Notes under the pieces: generated by a model | The model's database searches: none | What the model saw: only the letters and a program-made list of their open reading frames with translations | Told to the model about the DNA's origin: nothing | From: Lobosporangium transversale | Taxonomy: Eukaryota | NCBI RefSeq assembly: GCF_002105155.1 | Contig: NW_019028981.1 | Span: 372,001-436,000, forward strand | Direction: 5' to 3' | Length of the DNA stretch: 64,000 nucleotides | Position numbers and translations under genes: made by a program | In this document: in pieces, positions 43,011 to 53,645 of the stretch | Numbering within the stretch: the first letter of the stretch is position 1 | How the letters are laid out: each line of letters opens with the position of its first letter

Positions 43011-45212
43011 ATGTCTGCACAAGTGGCCACCGTGACTCCTTCTATGGTCTCAAATGCTATCGCATTACTTCGTCAACGCCAGAAGGCGCTTATCAAACGT
43101 GGTAAGGCCAACCCAGCCATGACCATGTTGGCCTTGACGGCAATTCTCTACTACTGGCTCGGCCGCATGCGCGCCAACAAAGCTCCTCCACGTGGCAAGG
43201 CTATCCCACGTCTCAAGAGCAAATTGTTCATGATCGATGTCGCATATGCTTATGTTAGTTCCAGGATTAGAGGAAATGAGCTCAAGTATGTCCAGAATCT
43301 CTCAAAGCAAGGCTACACATTGAACACATCCGTCATCGGTCACAATTTGACCCTTGTCTTTGAGCCATCTTCCGTTCAGCATATCTTGGTCAAGAATTTC
43401 GAGAACTATCCCAAAGGTAATATTCTTTTTTATCTTCACAAACTCACAAATTCATACATTTATGCACGTACTTTGAACAAAAAAAAAAAAAAAAAAAAAA
43501 AAACCTTTCCTAAAGATGGCGGGCAATTGGGTTTTATTATACAAGCACACAATCTTTTTTTCTCCACAAATGAGAGGCTCCCATGCGCCATTCCCCCCCT
43601 CCACACCTTATTTCATTTGCCCTATTCAAACTTCTTGGCATTGCTCATAAAATCCACATGCTCCTCTGCCTCCATCGCATCACTGTGTCACTTCATCAAT
43701 GTCTTGGTTGTCTTTCCTTTCTTTGGACGTTACAGAATGCCTGCTATGCTTTGTTTACTCTTTGTAGTAACCCACCCACCCCACAAACATCGATATGAAT
43801 TTCCTGAAATCCACAACCCCAAAAATAAACACCTTCTTTTCGCTTCGATTCACAGCATGCATACACTCTAAAGTAAACACGTACAATAGTCTGCCGCTTT
43901 TTTTTTTTTATTCCGTTATTCCATGTCTTAATGTAAACACGTAAACAAATAAACACAACCATTATGTCGTTTTTTTTTAAATATACTAACCTTTTTTAAT
44001 TATACGAATATGTAAACACAAACATTAGGAGCTGCATTCCACAGAGCCTTCTCTGCATTTATGGGTACTGGTATCTTCAACGCTGACGGGGCAGCATGGA
44101 AGAATCAGCGTGCGATTGCACGCCCTCATTTCCAGGTTACGGAGTACAAAGGAGCCGCCCATATCGAAACACAAATTAACCAAGTCTTTGGTATCCTTGA
44201 CAAGGCGATTGAAGCCGGGGACATACTTGATGTACAAGATCTCTGGTCCCGCTACACAATCGATACAGCGACTGGTTTCTTGTTCGGGGCCTGTGCCAAT
44301 GCATTGGATGTTCCTCAATCCAAATTCGTCTCTGCATTCAACTACACACAAAAGATTTGTGGTTGGAAGATCCGTCTATGTGATTACCAATCACTTATAT
44401 ACGCACCAGAATTCCCACAGAAGATCAAGGACATGGACGCGTTCTTGATGCCAATTGTCGATCAAGCCGTCGCTAAGGAGATCAAGCGTCGTGAAGATGG
44501 CAAACTTGGAGATGCGAATGAGGATCGTCATGAGAACTTGCTAACACATTTCTTGAACTCTGTGGACGAGAATGGCAAGCCCTTCGATCGAATCTATCTC
44601 CGTGACATGTTGATGAACTTCTTGTTGGCTGGCCGTGACACCTCGACGAACCTGTTGAGCTTTATGTGCTACCATCTGGGCAAGTATCCTGATGTGATGG
44701 AGCGTGTTCGTCAAGAGATCTTTGAGGTCGTAGGTCGTGACCGTAAGCCTGAACATGATGATATCAAGAGGCTCAAGTTCTTGAAACAGGTCATCAACGA
44801 GACCTTGCGTCTCTACCCTGCTGTGCCCTTCAACATCAAGACCTCCTTGGAGGACGATGTTCTTCCCAATGGTTACTTCGTTCCCAAGGGTTCGATAGTC
44901 GTTCACTCATCCTATGTCACTCACCGTATGAAGGAATACTGGGGTGAGGATGCAGAAGAGTTTGACCCTGACCGCTGGGGCCCAGAGCGTGTCAAGATCA
45001 TTAGGCCCTTCATGTTCTTCCCCTTCCATGCTGGTCCACGTATTTGCTTAGGCCAGAACTTTGCTTACAACCAGGCTATGAACACCTTGACTCGTCTCAT
45101 CCAACGCTACACATGGAGGGTCGCTGATGGCTTCGAACCTATTCCTGAATCCGATATTACTATGTACTCTAGAAACGGAATGCAGATCATTTTCGAGAAA
45201 TACCGCGACTAA
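43011..45212 (+). CDS. Cytochrome P450, CYP52-like (fatty acid/alkane hydroxylase type)
   Basis: Exon 1 43011-43416 ends NFENYPKG. Intron 43417-44028 has a TACTAAC branch point. Exon 2 has GIFNADG, LLAGRDT (I helix), ETLRLYP (ExxR), FDPDRW and the heme motif FFPFHAGPRICLG. Confidence 0.95.
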
Positions 45213-45431
45213 GAAATATTTGTAAAAAAAGTAAATAAATTAATCAAAAGGAATCAAAAAGAAAAAACATATGATATTGAAGTAGAGCAGACTGTTTATT
45301 GGTACATAGATAATAATAGTACAGGCGAAGCGATCTTTGCAGGAAAGGTGGTTAAAATGGGAATATGTAATTGCAAGTATTTATAAAAACAGGTGTGAGT
45401 ATATTTTTTATGAGGGATGTGAAAACGTGTC

Positions 45432-46318
45432 TTAATGACCTTGGCTCGCGAACAAGTTTGGGAAGTGCCGCCCATAATACACGCTTTCAATATGTCGACG
45501 ACTTTCCATGATTTTATCTGGAATCCAGAAGACGTTTTTGAGTAATGATGTCTGTAGTCCATTTCCCTTCCTTTTTTCCTCTCCCTCATTCTCCAGATCC
45601 CGATGGCGGCTTTCAACATTCTGAACCAAATGCTTAAAAGCGTATTCAAATTTAGGTCGGATACTCTCGATGTTCCTAGCGCCCAGTCCAATATTGTTAT
45701 TCACGTCGTTCGGATCCAATGCATTCATACCAAGGCGTTTGCGATTGCTTCCTTTTTTCTTCTTATCCGTTGGTGGTGGTGCCGGGAAATAAGCCCCGCC
45801 TGTACCACTAATGCCACAATCATTGGCATCGCCATCAGCAACCATGATTCCCACTTCACTATAATTAAAGTGAAAGCCATAAAGCTCAAAGAATTCAATC
45901 AAAAGCACTCCAAGGTTATCTTCTGGATCCAGCATTCGACTCTGAATCATAGGGTGCATCTGAAGGAAGCTTAAAACCATGACCATCGTCAAGAACGAAC
46001 CAATGCCTCCGTGAAAGGGCTCATTCGATCGATTTAATTTTAAAAAGTGCTTGATCAATATCGTCAGCGGGCGTAATCCTGGAACCGTGTTCATATACTG
46101 CTTCGTCAGAATCGCTCCTTGTATCCCATTCGCCACATTGAACGAGATGTCCACCGACAGCTGACTGATATTCTCTTTGAATTTGATGAGAGGCACTTTC
46201 GTTCTTGTGATACATTCAACATCCTCCGTCACCTTCAAATGCTTCAGATGCCTGCTCAATTCGTGGAGCTCCCCTGCGGAAAAATTTCCTCGCCTTAATA
46301 CAACCATATCGATATCAC

Positions 46319-46358
<40 letters not shown>

Positions 46359-47789
46359 TTAGTTATAAATCTCATAAAAATAAAAATAAAAATAAAAAAA
46401 AGGCTTTCTATACCTTGTGGGCAGATATATTTGAGTCTCGAAACTTCCAAAGACCTCAACGACTGCACCATCCCACAAGGCCTGAACTGCCCTGCAGACC
46501 CTTTGGTAGACATAGGTCCGCACCTGATGCTCCTCTTGAGTCGGACTTATGTACGCCACGAAATCCTTAAGTTCCTGAGTCAGCATCATTGGAGCCGAGG
46601 GTAGATCTGAATATCGACGACGGCCCATCCATGGACATCCAGGTGGTGGACCTAACGTGGTAGTGCTTTCTATGTCTTCAACATCATCACTATCGCCCAT
46701 GGCAGAACCAGCATCCCGCTTCCTTTTATGTTGTACCAAAGAGTAGAGTCGTTCTGTCGTAGCAGTGGTAGAGAAAGAAGAAACTGTAGATTCGAACCGG
46801 ACAAAATCCTGACCCTCTTTAAAGCCATCACTATCCTTTCCAAATGAGCGACGTTGCTCGGATCTCTTTGGTCTGCACCTACTAATGACATTAGAATCAA
46901 CTTCTGCTTCCCTCATGAATATTTTCTTCGGTACGTATTTTTGAGCACTCGAAGCTGCGTCAATCAATCCTTCAATGACTATATCATGCGATTGACCTCT
47001 TAGAGACCTCACTCTTTTCTGGACGTTTTTCGAAGACTGGATGTTTGGAGATGGATCCAGTAAAGGCATATTTGAAGAAGGAGAAGAAGGAGAAGATTTC
47101 TTTGAGAGCTTTTCTTTTCGCTTTTGACGATTTCGTTGCCTAATCTTTGCAAATTGCTCAGCCAACAAAAGCCCTATCGATGGAACGTTTAATGATGATG
47201 TTGCCTCAATGTCTGTTCGCACTGACCCATCATTTTGCTGAATAGACGAAGTTCCTGATTGTTTTTGTTGTAGTTCTTGTTGATGTGGTCGACCCGAGGA
47301 CGATGATTCGATCGGATCATAAAGATTTGAAGTGGACGTAAGTAACGATTTCTGTGTATATTGTGGATCCACGTGTGGTTGTGAATAAGATCTAGGCTTT
47401 TCCCAAAGCCCCGGTGAATAGTCATATTGGAGGTCCTGTTCATATTCATCAAAATGCGTTCCAGCATGTGCAATCGGATCTGGAAAATAGTGATAATACT
47501 CTGAAGTTTCTTTATTTTGCTGATATTGATCCCGATCTTGACACTGATATGCCGATTCCTCGGTGTTCTTTTTATTCGAAGCGCTATTTGCGCCACTACT
47601 TCTATCCCAATTATTTGATTTTCTCTTGGCTTCATGTTGCCGACGATGCTCCAAGAGGTGAGGTCCTGGTTTTCCGATTCCAAGAATTTGATTAAGCGAT
47701 TTCTTTTTCTTCTTCATTTGAGACCGATTGCTTCCATTCTTCTTAGACTTTTTGCCACTACTGCGGTTATTGAGGTTATTGATTCGCAT
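45432..47789 (-). CDS. Non-canonical poly(A) polymerase, Trf4/Trf5 (TRAMP/PAPD5)-like
   Basis: FGSFETQIYLPT|SDIDMVV (intron 46318-46413), KVPLIKF, VDISFN, GGIGSF and NLGVLLIEFFELYG (PAP-associated). Long low-complexity N-terminus; start codon uncertain. Confidence 0.9.
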
Positions 47790-49411
47790 TAAAAATAAAA
47801 AACCCCAGCAGTGTACTCTGTAAACAAATGCAAAACATTAAAAAAGGTTGTGACTATTCTTTTAATAAAAACGAAGGGTTAATCTAATTGGCTAAATTTT
47901 ATTGACAGTCCCAGCTGCCAAGGAACACCTTATGATTTTGCTTTTTTGATCCACTCTCTGGATACACTCTCGCTAATTCGAAGTTAGGCAGAGGGAAGGC
48001 TGAGTCAATTCTCGTTGCAAATTGCCTTCGGGGAACAACAACAAACTTTCAATATTCATCTACGTTCTACCGACTCCGCTTTTACAAAGGACATTAGTAC
48101 TCTCTCTTCTAAAAGCTCCTTTCCAGCCTTTTCCACCAGTGTCTGATTTACAATTTTCTGTATCCTTGCAGCGAATGTCTGTCTGTCTGTCTTCTAGGCG
48201 CTCCTTTTCGAGCCTGCTATTTTCTGATTCAGAATGTCGACTTGTTGTTGCGTGAACTGACGGTTACTCCTTTGCTGATCTCCGAGGAATGCTAACTGTT
48301 GGTCCACAAACCTACTTTTTTGCTGATAATGTTCAGGCGTAGTCGCTAGAACTGGCATCTCCTTTCCTTAGGAGTCAGGCAAGAGCGGTTTGAAAGACCT
48401 GGATGGCTTGAAAGACCTAGCTGTTCATGACACTCGTCATTCACACTGGTTTCGCCGCTCGCAAGCACTCGTTCATCTTCCTTGTCCGGTGCCTCTTGTT
48501 GCATATTTCACAGTACACGTGCTACATAAAAATTAATATGTGTGCCACACAAGATCTGTATTTTATACACAAAATAATATATACAAACGGTTGTATATCA
48601 TAAAAACACGCCCCATGTGTAAATAGTAACAAGCAGGAGGCGCAGTGCGAGCGTAGTGGAGGCGTAGTAATTATACACGTTTGCACCATGGTTACTCTAT
48701 GTATGGTGCCCGTAGACAAACTTGTAGTTACACTTAGATACGATTTTGAATAAATACCCCATGGATGTGATGTGTGTTCTCACATCTTATTTTCACTTAC
48801 TTCTGTCCCTGATTACTACTTGTCTGTCTAAAATTTTTCACCTCCAGATTCGAATCGCAAATTCTAAATGAATTGGTGGTAACTAGGCTTTCCAGTTTGC
48901 AGCAACCTTGTCTGAAGTGGCGGCGAATTCCCATACCGATTGGATACGTTTTACTGCACACACACTGAAAGGGCATGCTCGCTTTCAGGGTCCCGTGTGA
49001 AAATGGCCGTAGTCCCTGTCGAAGAGCACCGGGTTTTGACTACGATGTCGGAATGGACCTTCTGAATATGTTCCTTTTCCCCCGTACTTATTAGCTTTTC
49101 GTCCTTGTCCAACAATCCTTTATCACAACGGTAATATGAAAGGCATCTGATATGACAGGAAGAAGCTGATCTCCTAACAGTTGAACCATCTGCAGGTGGC
49201 CTGATTAAAGTCATAGTAGTTACAATGAGGCAAGGAAGGTGCAGAAGAAAAGTAAGTGTGGGGGAGCAAGAAATAGAAATAAGGTAAGTAAGTATCTAAG
49301 ACTGAAATAAAGACCCGCAAAAAAAAAAAAATGTTTATTTGCACGGAGGGCGAAGTGTAAATAAGGCATGTACGGACCGTGCCAAAAAAACGATTTATAA
49401 ACAAAAGAAAG

Positions 49412-49483
49412 CTCTTTGACCGGGAATTGAACCCGGGTCTTCCGCGTGACAGGCGGAGATACTGACCACTATACTATCAAAGA
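49412..49483 (-). tRNA. tRNA-Asp (GTC)
   Basis: Reverse complement TCTTTGATAGTATAGTGGTCAGTATCTCCGCCTGTCACGCGGAAGACCCGGGTTCAATTCCCGGTCAAAGAG: 72 nt, acceptor stem TCTTTGA/TCAAAGA, anticodon loop CTGTCAC, T-loop TTCAATT, discriminator G. Confidence 0.97.
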
Positions 49484-49608
49484 CTCTTATATGAGAGCTG
49501 TCGTAGAGCATCTACTAGTGATCTCTGGAAACTAGTAGGTAATGATGAAAAATGAAGAATTGGGCAAGAGCCTCGTGGTTTTGGGATACGATAGTGATCC
49601 TAAGTAAT

Positions 49609-50287
49609 TAAGCCCAATGGCTGAGTAGTATACTCGTCAGGGCACCCCCCTGTCTAGCCCAGGGGCCGGGTTCGAGTCCTGGTTAAGGCACATAAAGTGA
49701 AGCAAACATGTGCCAGGTCAGGGATTTGCTTGAGTTTTTATACTTTCTCTCCGAGACAGCCTAGTGTTCTCCGCTAAGGCTAAGATCGTGGGTGCACTAC
49801 CCTAAGTCGCCTGGCTGGCCACATGTCTTAGGTTTATATTCCACCCCCCAGCCGAACCAGCGGTACATCTGGCAGCACATCCCCCCCATCCACCCACTTG
49901 ACTAGGACAGCGATGATCACAAAGTTTGACGGAGTCCAAAGTAGAAATTTCAGACCAATCCCGCAAGATTTGGGTCCACATGCCAGTGGATTTGATCGAA
50001 TAGAAAAAAATTAAAAGTCGTCCTTAGCTAGAGTCGGCACGCCAGCCTCCGCGGCTTTTCACGGGCGCAACAGGCCACATCGGAAGGATGGACTTCGAGT
50101 ACCGATCACGGTGTACATTGGTAGAGAAAAACATGGATACGAATTGGCTCTTCACAGCCATCCCGTGCGAACTTTGAGAGTTTCGCTTGTTTCATAGTTG
50201 AGGGCGATATCATTACTTTAGAGCGAGATTATGAAATAAAATTCCTCACCTCTGTGGGTTCTTGTTAACAGGAAAAAAAAAAAAAAA
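49609..50287 (+). mobile_element. Full-length tRNA-derived SINE (~680 bp) with poly(A) tail and 19-bp TSD
   Basis: Exact TSD gatagtgatcctaagtaat at 49590-49608 and 50288-50306. Head has an A-box-like TGGCTGAGTAG and a B-box GGTTCGAGTCC in a CCGGG/CCTGG T-stem. A15 tail; 3' region similar to the adjacent LINE 3' UTR. Confidence 0.88.
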
Positions 50288-50328
50288 GATAGTGATCCTA
50301 AGTAATGCTTTGAATGATTTTGAGGATG

Positions 50329-50452
50329 CTGCAAAAGGGCATCGATAATAAGAAGAGAGATCTTTAATAACTGCTAATTTTCTGAGAATTCATAATGAGA
50401 ATAATGAAGATAAACTCACCTGCAAAAGGGCATCGATAATAAGAAGAGAGAT
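50329..50452 (+). repeat. Two exact 33-bp direct repeats separated by 58 bp
   Basis: ctgcaaaagggcatcgataataagaagagagat at 50329-50361 and 50420-50452. Confidence 0.9.
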
Positions 50453-50624
50453 GCCGTTTTTGCAGTGAAGGAAAAAGCTACTTAAATACTATTTAAAAAT
50501 GGTAGAAAATAGGATGATAGGCAATAAATAAATTGAAAGGAAATACATATTTAGGTAAATGAATAGGCGTCATTTACGACAGAGCATTTGAGACGTATAT
50601 TATATAAATATCAAACTAAGATAA

Positions 50625-52202
50625 GAATTAATCTATTTGACAACCCGGGTTGTCACTCTTGACATGGAGGAAAGAGTTGAAAGCAGTGCAGGAGCAAGCA
50701 CAAAGGGCCAGAGAGAGAGGTGTAGACCCACCAAGGACAAAAGAGCCAACTTTTACTGCGGCAGAGGAGGACTACATTTGGAAAACTCTAGAGATGCATA
50801 TCGATGGTGTGCGAGAAGTACGACGCCATGGTGATAGGAACGACGGTGATGAGGAAGAGAGAGAGCACACACCAGAGTGGTCTGTGCAGGACATTTACCA
50901 TGGACTTACGCCCAAGTCCATTGCTCAGAGTTGGAAAGTTGGCTTCAAGACAACAACAAGGATAGCTACATATATGGCAGGGCGCTTCGTCAAGGCCATA
51001 GAGGAATTCGGTCGTACAGAAATCTGGAACAAACGGTGTAAAGTCACCGTTGAATGGGAAAAGGCTCGCGGAATCACTGCTATGAGCAAACGCGCTAGAG
51101 GACGCAACTGTGTTGGGGAGCACAGACGTAGTAGCAATGATTTCCTTGTCCCTTCCCTCAGATAAAGACAGAAGCTGAATGTAAAAGAGATCTACAAGAT
51201 CGCGGATGACCGAGTCCGGGACAGTTACCTTGGGAAAACCAAACTGGACGTGATGGAGCGGCTAGGTGGAATGAAGTTTTTGATGACTATGGATAGCGGA
51301 TAATTTGTCGCGTTGCGCAACAGGCCACGTCGGAAAGGTGGACTTTGAGTACCAACCACGGCGGTCAGGGTTTATGAAATCATGGATACAGCGGCTCTTG
51401 TCGTTTGTGCAGTAATAGCTGTTTATTGACTATAGTTTCTGGAGCATTTTGTTCATAGAGTGTAGAAAATAAATCCCATGACCCTGAGGGTCCTTGTTAT
51501 CAAAAAAAAAACCCGGGTTGTCACTCTTATTTGACAACCCCCCCCTAATTTAGCAGTCACGCCGGCTTATTTGGCAACCCAGGTCTTCAATTTTCACTTT
51601 TTTGTAATTTGACAACCTGGGTTGTCAAAAAAAGAAGAAAAATTGTCTTTTTCAACCTGTCACATGACAAGTCTTCACCCTCTTGCACTTATGGAGGGCC
51701 TTTCTCAGCTGGATTTCTAAAATGGTGGCAACACTCCGTTATCATGACTGTGGTTATAGCTTCTTCTGTCTCTCTTTTTTTCCTTTCCGCGTCTTACGCA
51801 TGCGCCATCAAGCGTCGCATAACCACTCCGAATTTATGTATGCTTAGTGCATGTTACCCGTATAGGCACATTTTCTATAAAGCAAACCCTTGTTTTAGAA
51901 ATCAGTTGTAATAAAAAACAACACCTCGTAACCAAAAAAAAAAGTTTGTTATTTGAAGGAAGCTTTTAGATTGCTGGAGGGATTTCGTGTTGCTGAGGGA
52001 TAGCAATAGAAACGATTTTCACATAATAATCTTGCCAATAAAAAAAGGGTTGTCAAATAATAATGAGCTTGGGGTTGTCAAATTAGATATTTTACTATTT
52101 GGCAACCCGGGTTGTCACGCAAAGAAAAAAAATTGAGAAAAATAATTAAGGGGGGGGTTGTCAAATAAGAGTGACAACCCGGGTTGTCAAATAGATTCAC
52201 CC
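50625..52202. mobile_element. Non-autonomous TIR DNA transposon (MITE, Mutator/MULE-like), interrupted by a LINE
   Basis: 9-bp TSD ctaagataa at 50616-50624 and 52203-52211. After removing the LINE, the left end aatctatttgacaacccgggttgtcactcttatttgacaacccccccc is the reverse complement of the right end near 52150-52197. No transposase ORF. Confidence 0.85.
50661..51509 (+). mobile_element. 5'-truncated non-LTR retrotransposon (LINE, L1/Tx1-like) copy 1: ORF2 C-terminus + 3' UTR + poly(A)
   Basis: TSD aacccgggttgtcactctt at 50642-50660 and 51510-51528. Open frame contains EIWNKRC, resembling the IWxxR motif of L1-type ORF2 C-termini. AATAAA and poly(A) end. Clade assignment is inferred because no RT domain is present. 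Confidence 0.8.
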
Positions 52203-52350
52203 CTAAGATAATGATGCTAGTATATCACGTGAATATATCATGTGACATCCTGATTAGATGCTGGAGACTCAGGCCGTGAAGTGGAAGGAGATAATCCAAA
52301 ATGTGGATGTGATAGGGAGAGGATATGGAGGAAAGAATTGAAAGCAGTGC

Positions 52351-52429
52351 CATTTATAGAGCTAACATCTAAATAAATCCTACATGACCTCGTGGGTCCT
52401 TGTTATCAAAAAAAAAAAAAAAAAAAAAA
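52351..52429 (+). mobile_element. 79-bp retroposed 3' tail with 21-bp TSD, inside LINE copy 2
   Basis: TSD ggaaagaattgaaagcagtgc at 52330-52350 and 52430-52450. The insert matches the end of the element at 53322-53642 and ends in a long A-run. Confidence 0.88.
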
Positions 52430-52937
52430 GGAAAGAATTGAAAGCAGTGCAGGAGCAAGCACAAAGGGCCACCATGGACAAAAGAGCCAACTTTTACTGC
52501 GGCAGAGGAGGACTACATTTGGGGAACTCTAGAGATGCATATCGATGGTGTGCGAGAAGTACGACGCCATAGTGATAGGAACGGCGATGATGAGGACGAG
52601 GAAGAGGTAGAGCACACACCAGATTGGTCTGTGCAGGACATTTACCATGGACTTACGCCCAAGTCCATTGCTCAGAGTTGGAAAGTTGGCTTCAAGACAA
52701 CAACAAGGATAGCTACATATATGGCAGGGCGCTTCGTCAAGGCCATAGAAGAATTCGGTCGTACAGAAATCTGAAACAAACGGTGTAAAGTCACCGTTGA
52801 ATGGGAAAAGGCTCGTGGAATCACTGCTATGAGCAAACGCGCCAGAGGGCGCAACTGTGTTGGGGAGCACAGACGTAGTAGCAATGATTTCCTTGTCCCT
52901 TCCCTCAGATAAAGACAGAAGCTGAATGTAAAAGAGA

Positions 52938-53064
52938 GAAGTTTGTCGACCTAAAGGTTCAACTGCACGAATTAATACTCCTTGTGGGTCACCCTTGTCT
53001 GAAGAAACAATGTTGAAACAATAATACATTCCATAAATCAAATAAACATAAACATAACCACCGC
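52938..53064 (-). pseudogene. Fragment of an MPG/AAG-type 3-methyladenine DNA glycosylase gene
   Basis: Insert absent from LINE copy 1. Minus strand reads [38 protein letters not shown], matching the YVYxIYGMYxCxN...VLIRAxEP core of the MPG family. Confidence 0.8.
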
Positions 53065-53321
53065 CTACAAGATCGCGGATAACCGAGTCCGGGACAGTTA
53101 CCTTGGGAAAACCAAACTGGACGTGATGGAACGGCTAGGTGGAATGAAGTTTTTGATGACTGTGGATAGCGGATAATTTGTCGCGTTGCGCAACAGGCCA
53201 CGTCGGAAAGGTGGACTTTGAGTACCAACCACGGCGGCCAGGGTTTATGAAATCATGGATACAGCGGCTCTTGTCGTTTGTGCAGTAATAGCTGTTTCTT
53301 GACTATAGTTTCAAAAAAAAA

Positions 53322-53614
53322 GTGGCTCCTTGTAATAAAGCAACCTGCTTATTGAGTATTTCTAATGGAAGTAAAGCCGTACCACAGGACAACAGGCAAG
53401 TAGGGAGTAGAGCCGTCCCACAGGTCCCCAGGGACCAAGGAAGTCTACTCAATGCTGACGTATTTTATGAACAGGATGTTGTACTCTGGTAGTGTGATGA
53501 TGCGGCTTCGGCCGATAATTGGATACCGCTTTATTTGCGACCCCAGTAATGGGGCAACCCATTTATAGAGCTAACATCTAAGTAAATCCTACATGGCCTA
53601 GTGGGTCCTTATTA

Positions 53615-53642
<28 letters not shown>
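53322..53642 (+). mobile_element. Second poly(A)-tailed retroelement family (3' part of a LINE or SINE)
   Basis: Ends in catttatagagctaacatctaagtaaatcctacatggcctagtgggtccttattatc plus a long A-run, nearly identical to the 79-bp insert at 52351. No TSD identified. Confidence 0.65.

Positions 53643-53645
<3 letters not shown>

Larger units (their letters stand above)
52246..53321 (+). mobile_element. Degenerate LINE copy 2 (same family as 50661-51509) carrying two secondary insertions
   Basis: Near-identical to copy 1 from ~52322 to 53312, with a small deletion, a TGG>TGA stop at 52772-52774, and insertions at 52351-52429 and 52938-53064. Ends in a short A-run. 5' boundary approximate. Confidence 0.8.

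Noticed and set aside
49612..49689. SINE head as a functional tRNA (including a tRNA-Sec or suppressor, given GCCC start, GAGTA/TACTC stem and CTGTCTAGC arm)
   Set aside because: The acceptor stem does not pair properly, there is no canonical anticodon arm or TCA anticodon loop, and it lies inside a TSD-flanked poly(A) element.
50030..50095. HDV-like ribozyme (gccagcctccgcggc resembles P3/L3)
   Set aside because: L3 is too short and no P1 partner strand can be found upstream.
50329..50452. CRISPR-like repeat-spacer-repeat
   Set aside because: Only two repeats, eukaryotic context and no cas genes.
52529..53041. 170-aa minus-strand ORF as a real gene
   Set aside because: It is a chimera of the MPG fragment and antisense LINE sequence, begins at TTG and lacks the MPG N- and C-termini.
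53494..53520. Hammerhead core or C/D snoRNA (gtgatga...cggcttcggccg-ataa)
   Set aside because: CUGANGA and GAAA core residues are not matched and no downstream D box (CTGA) is present.
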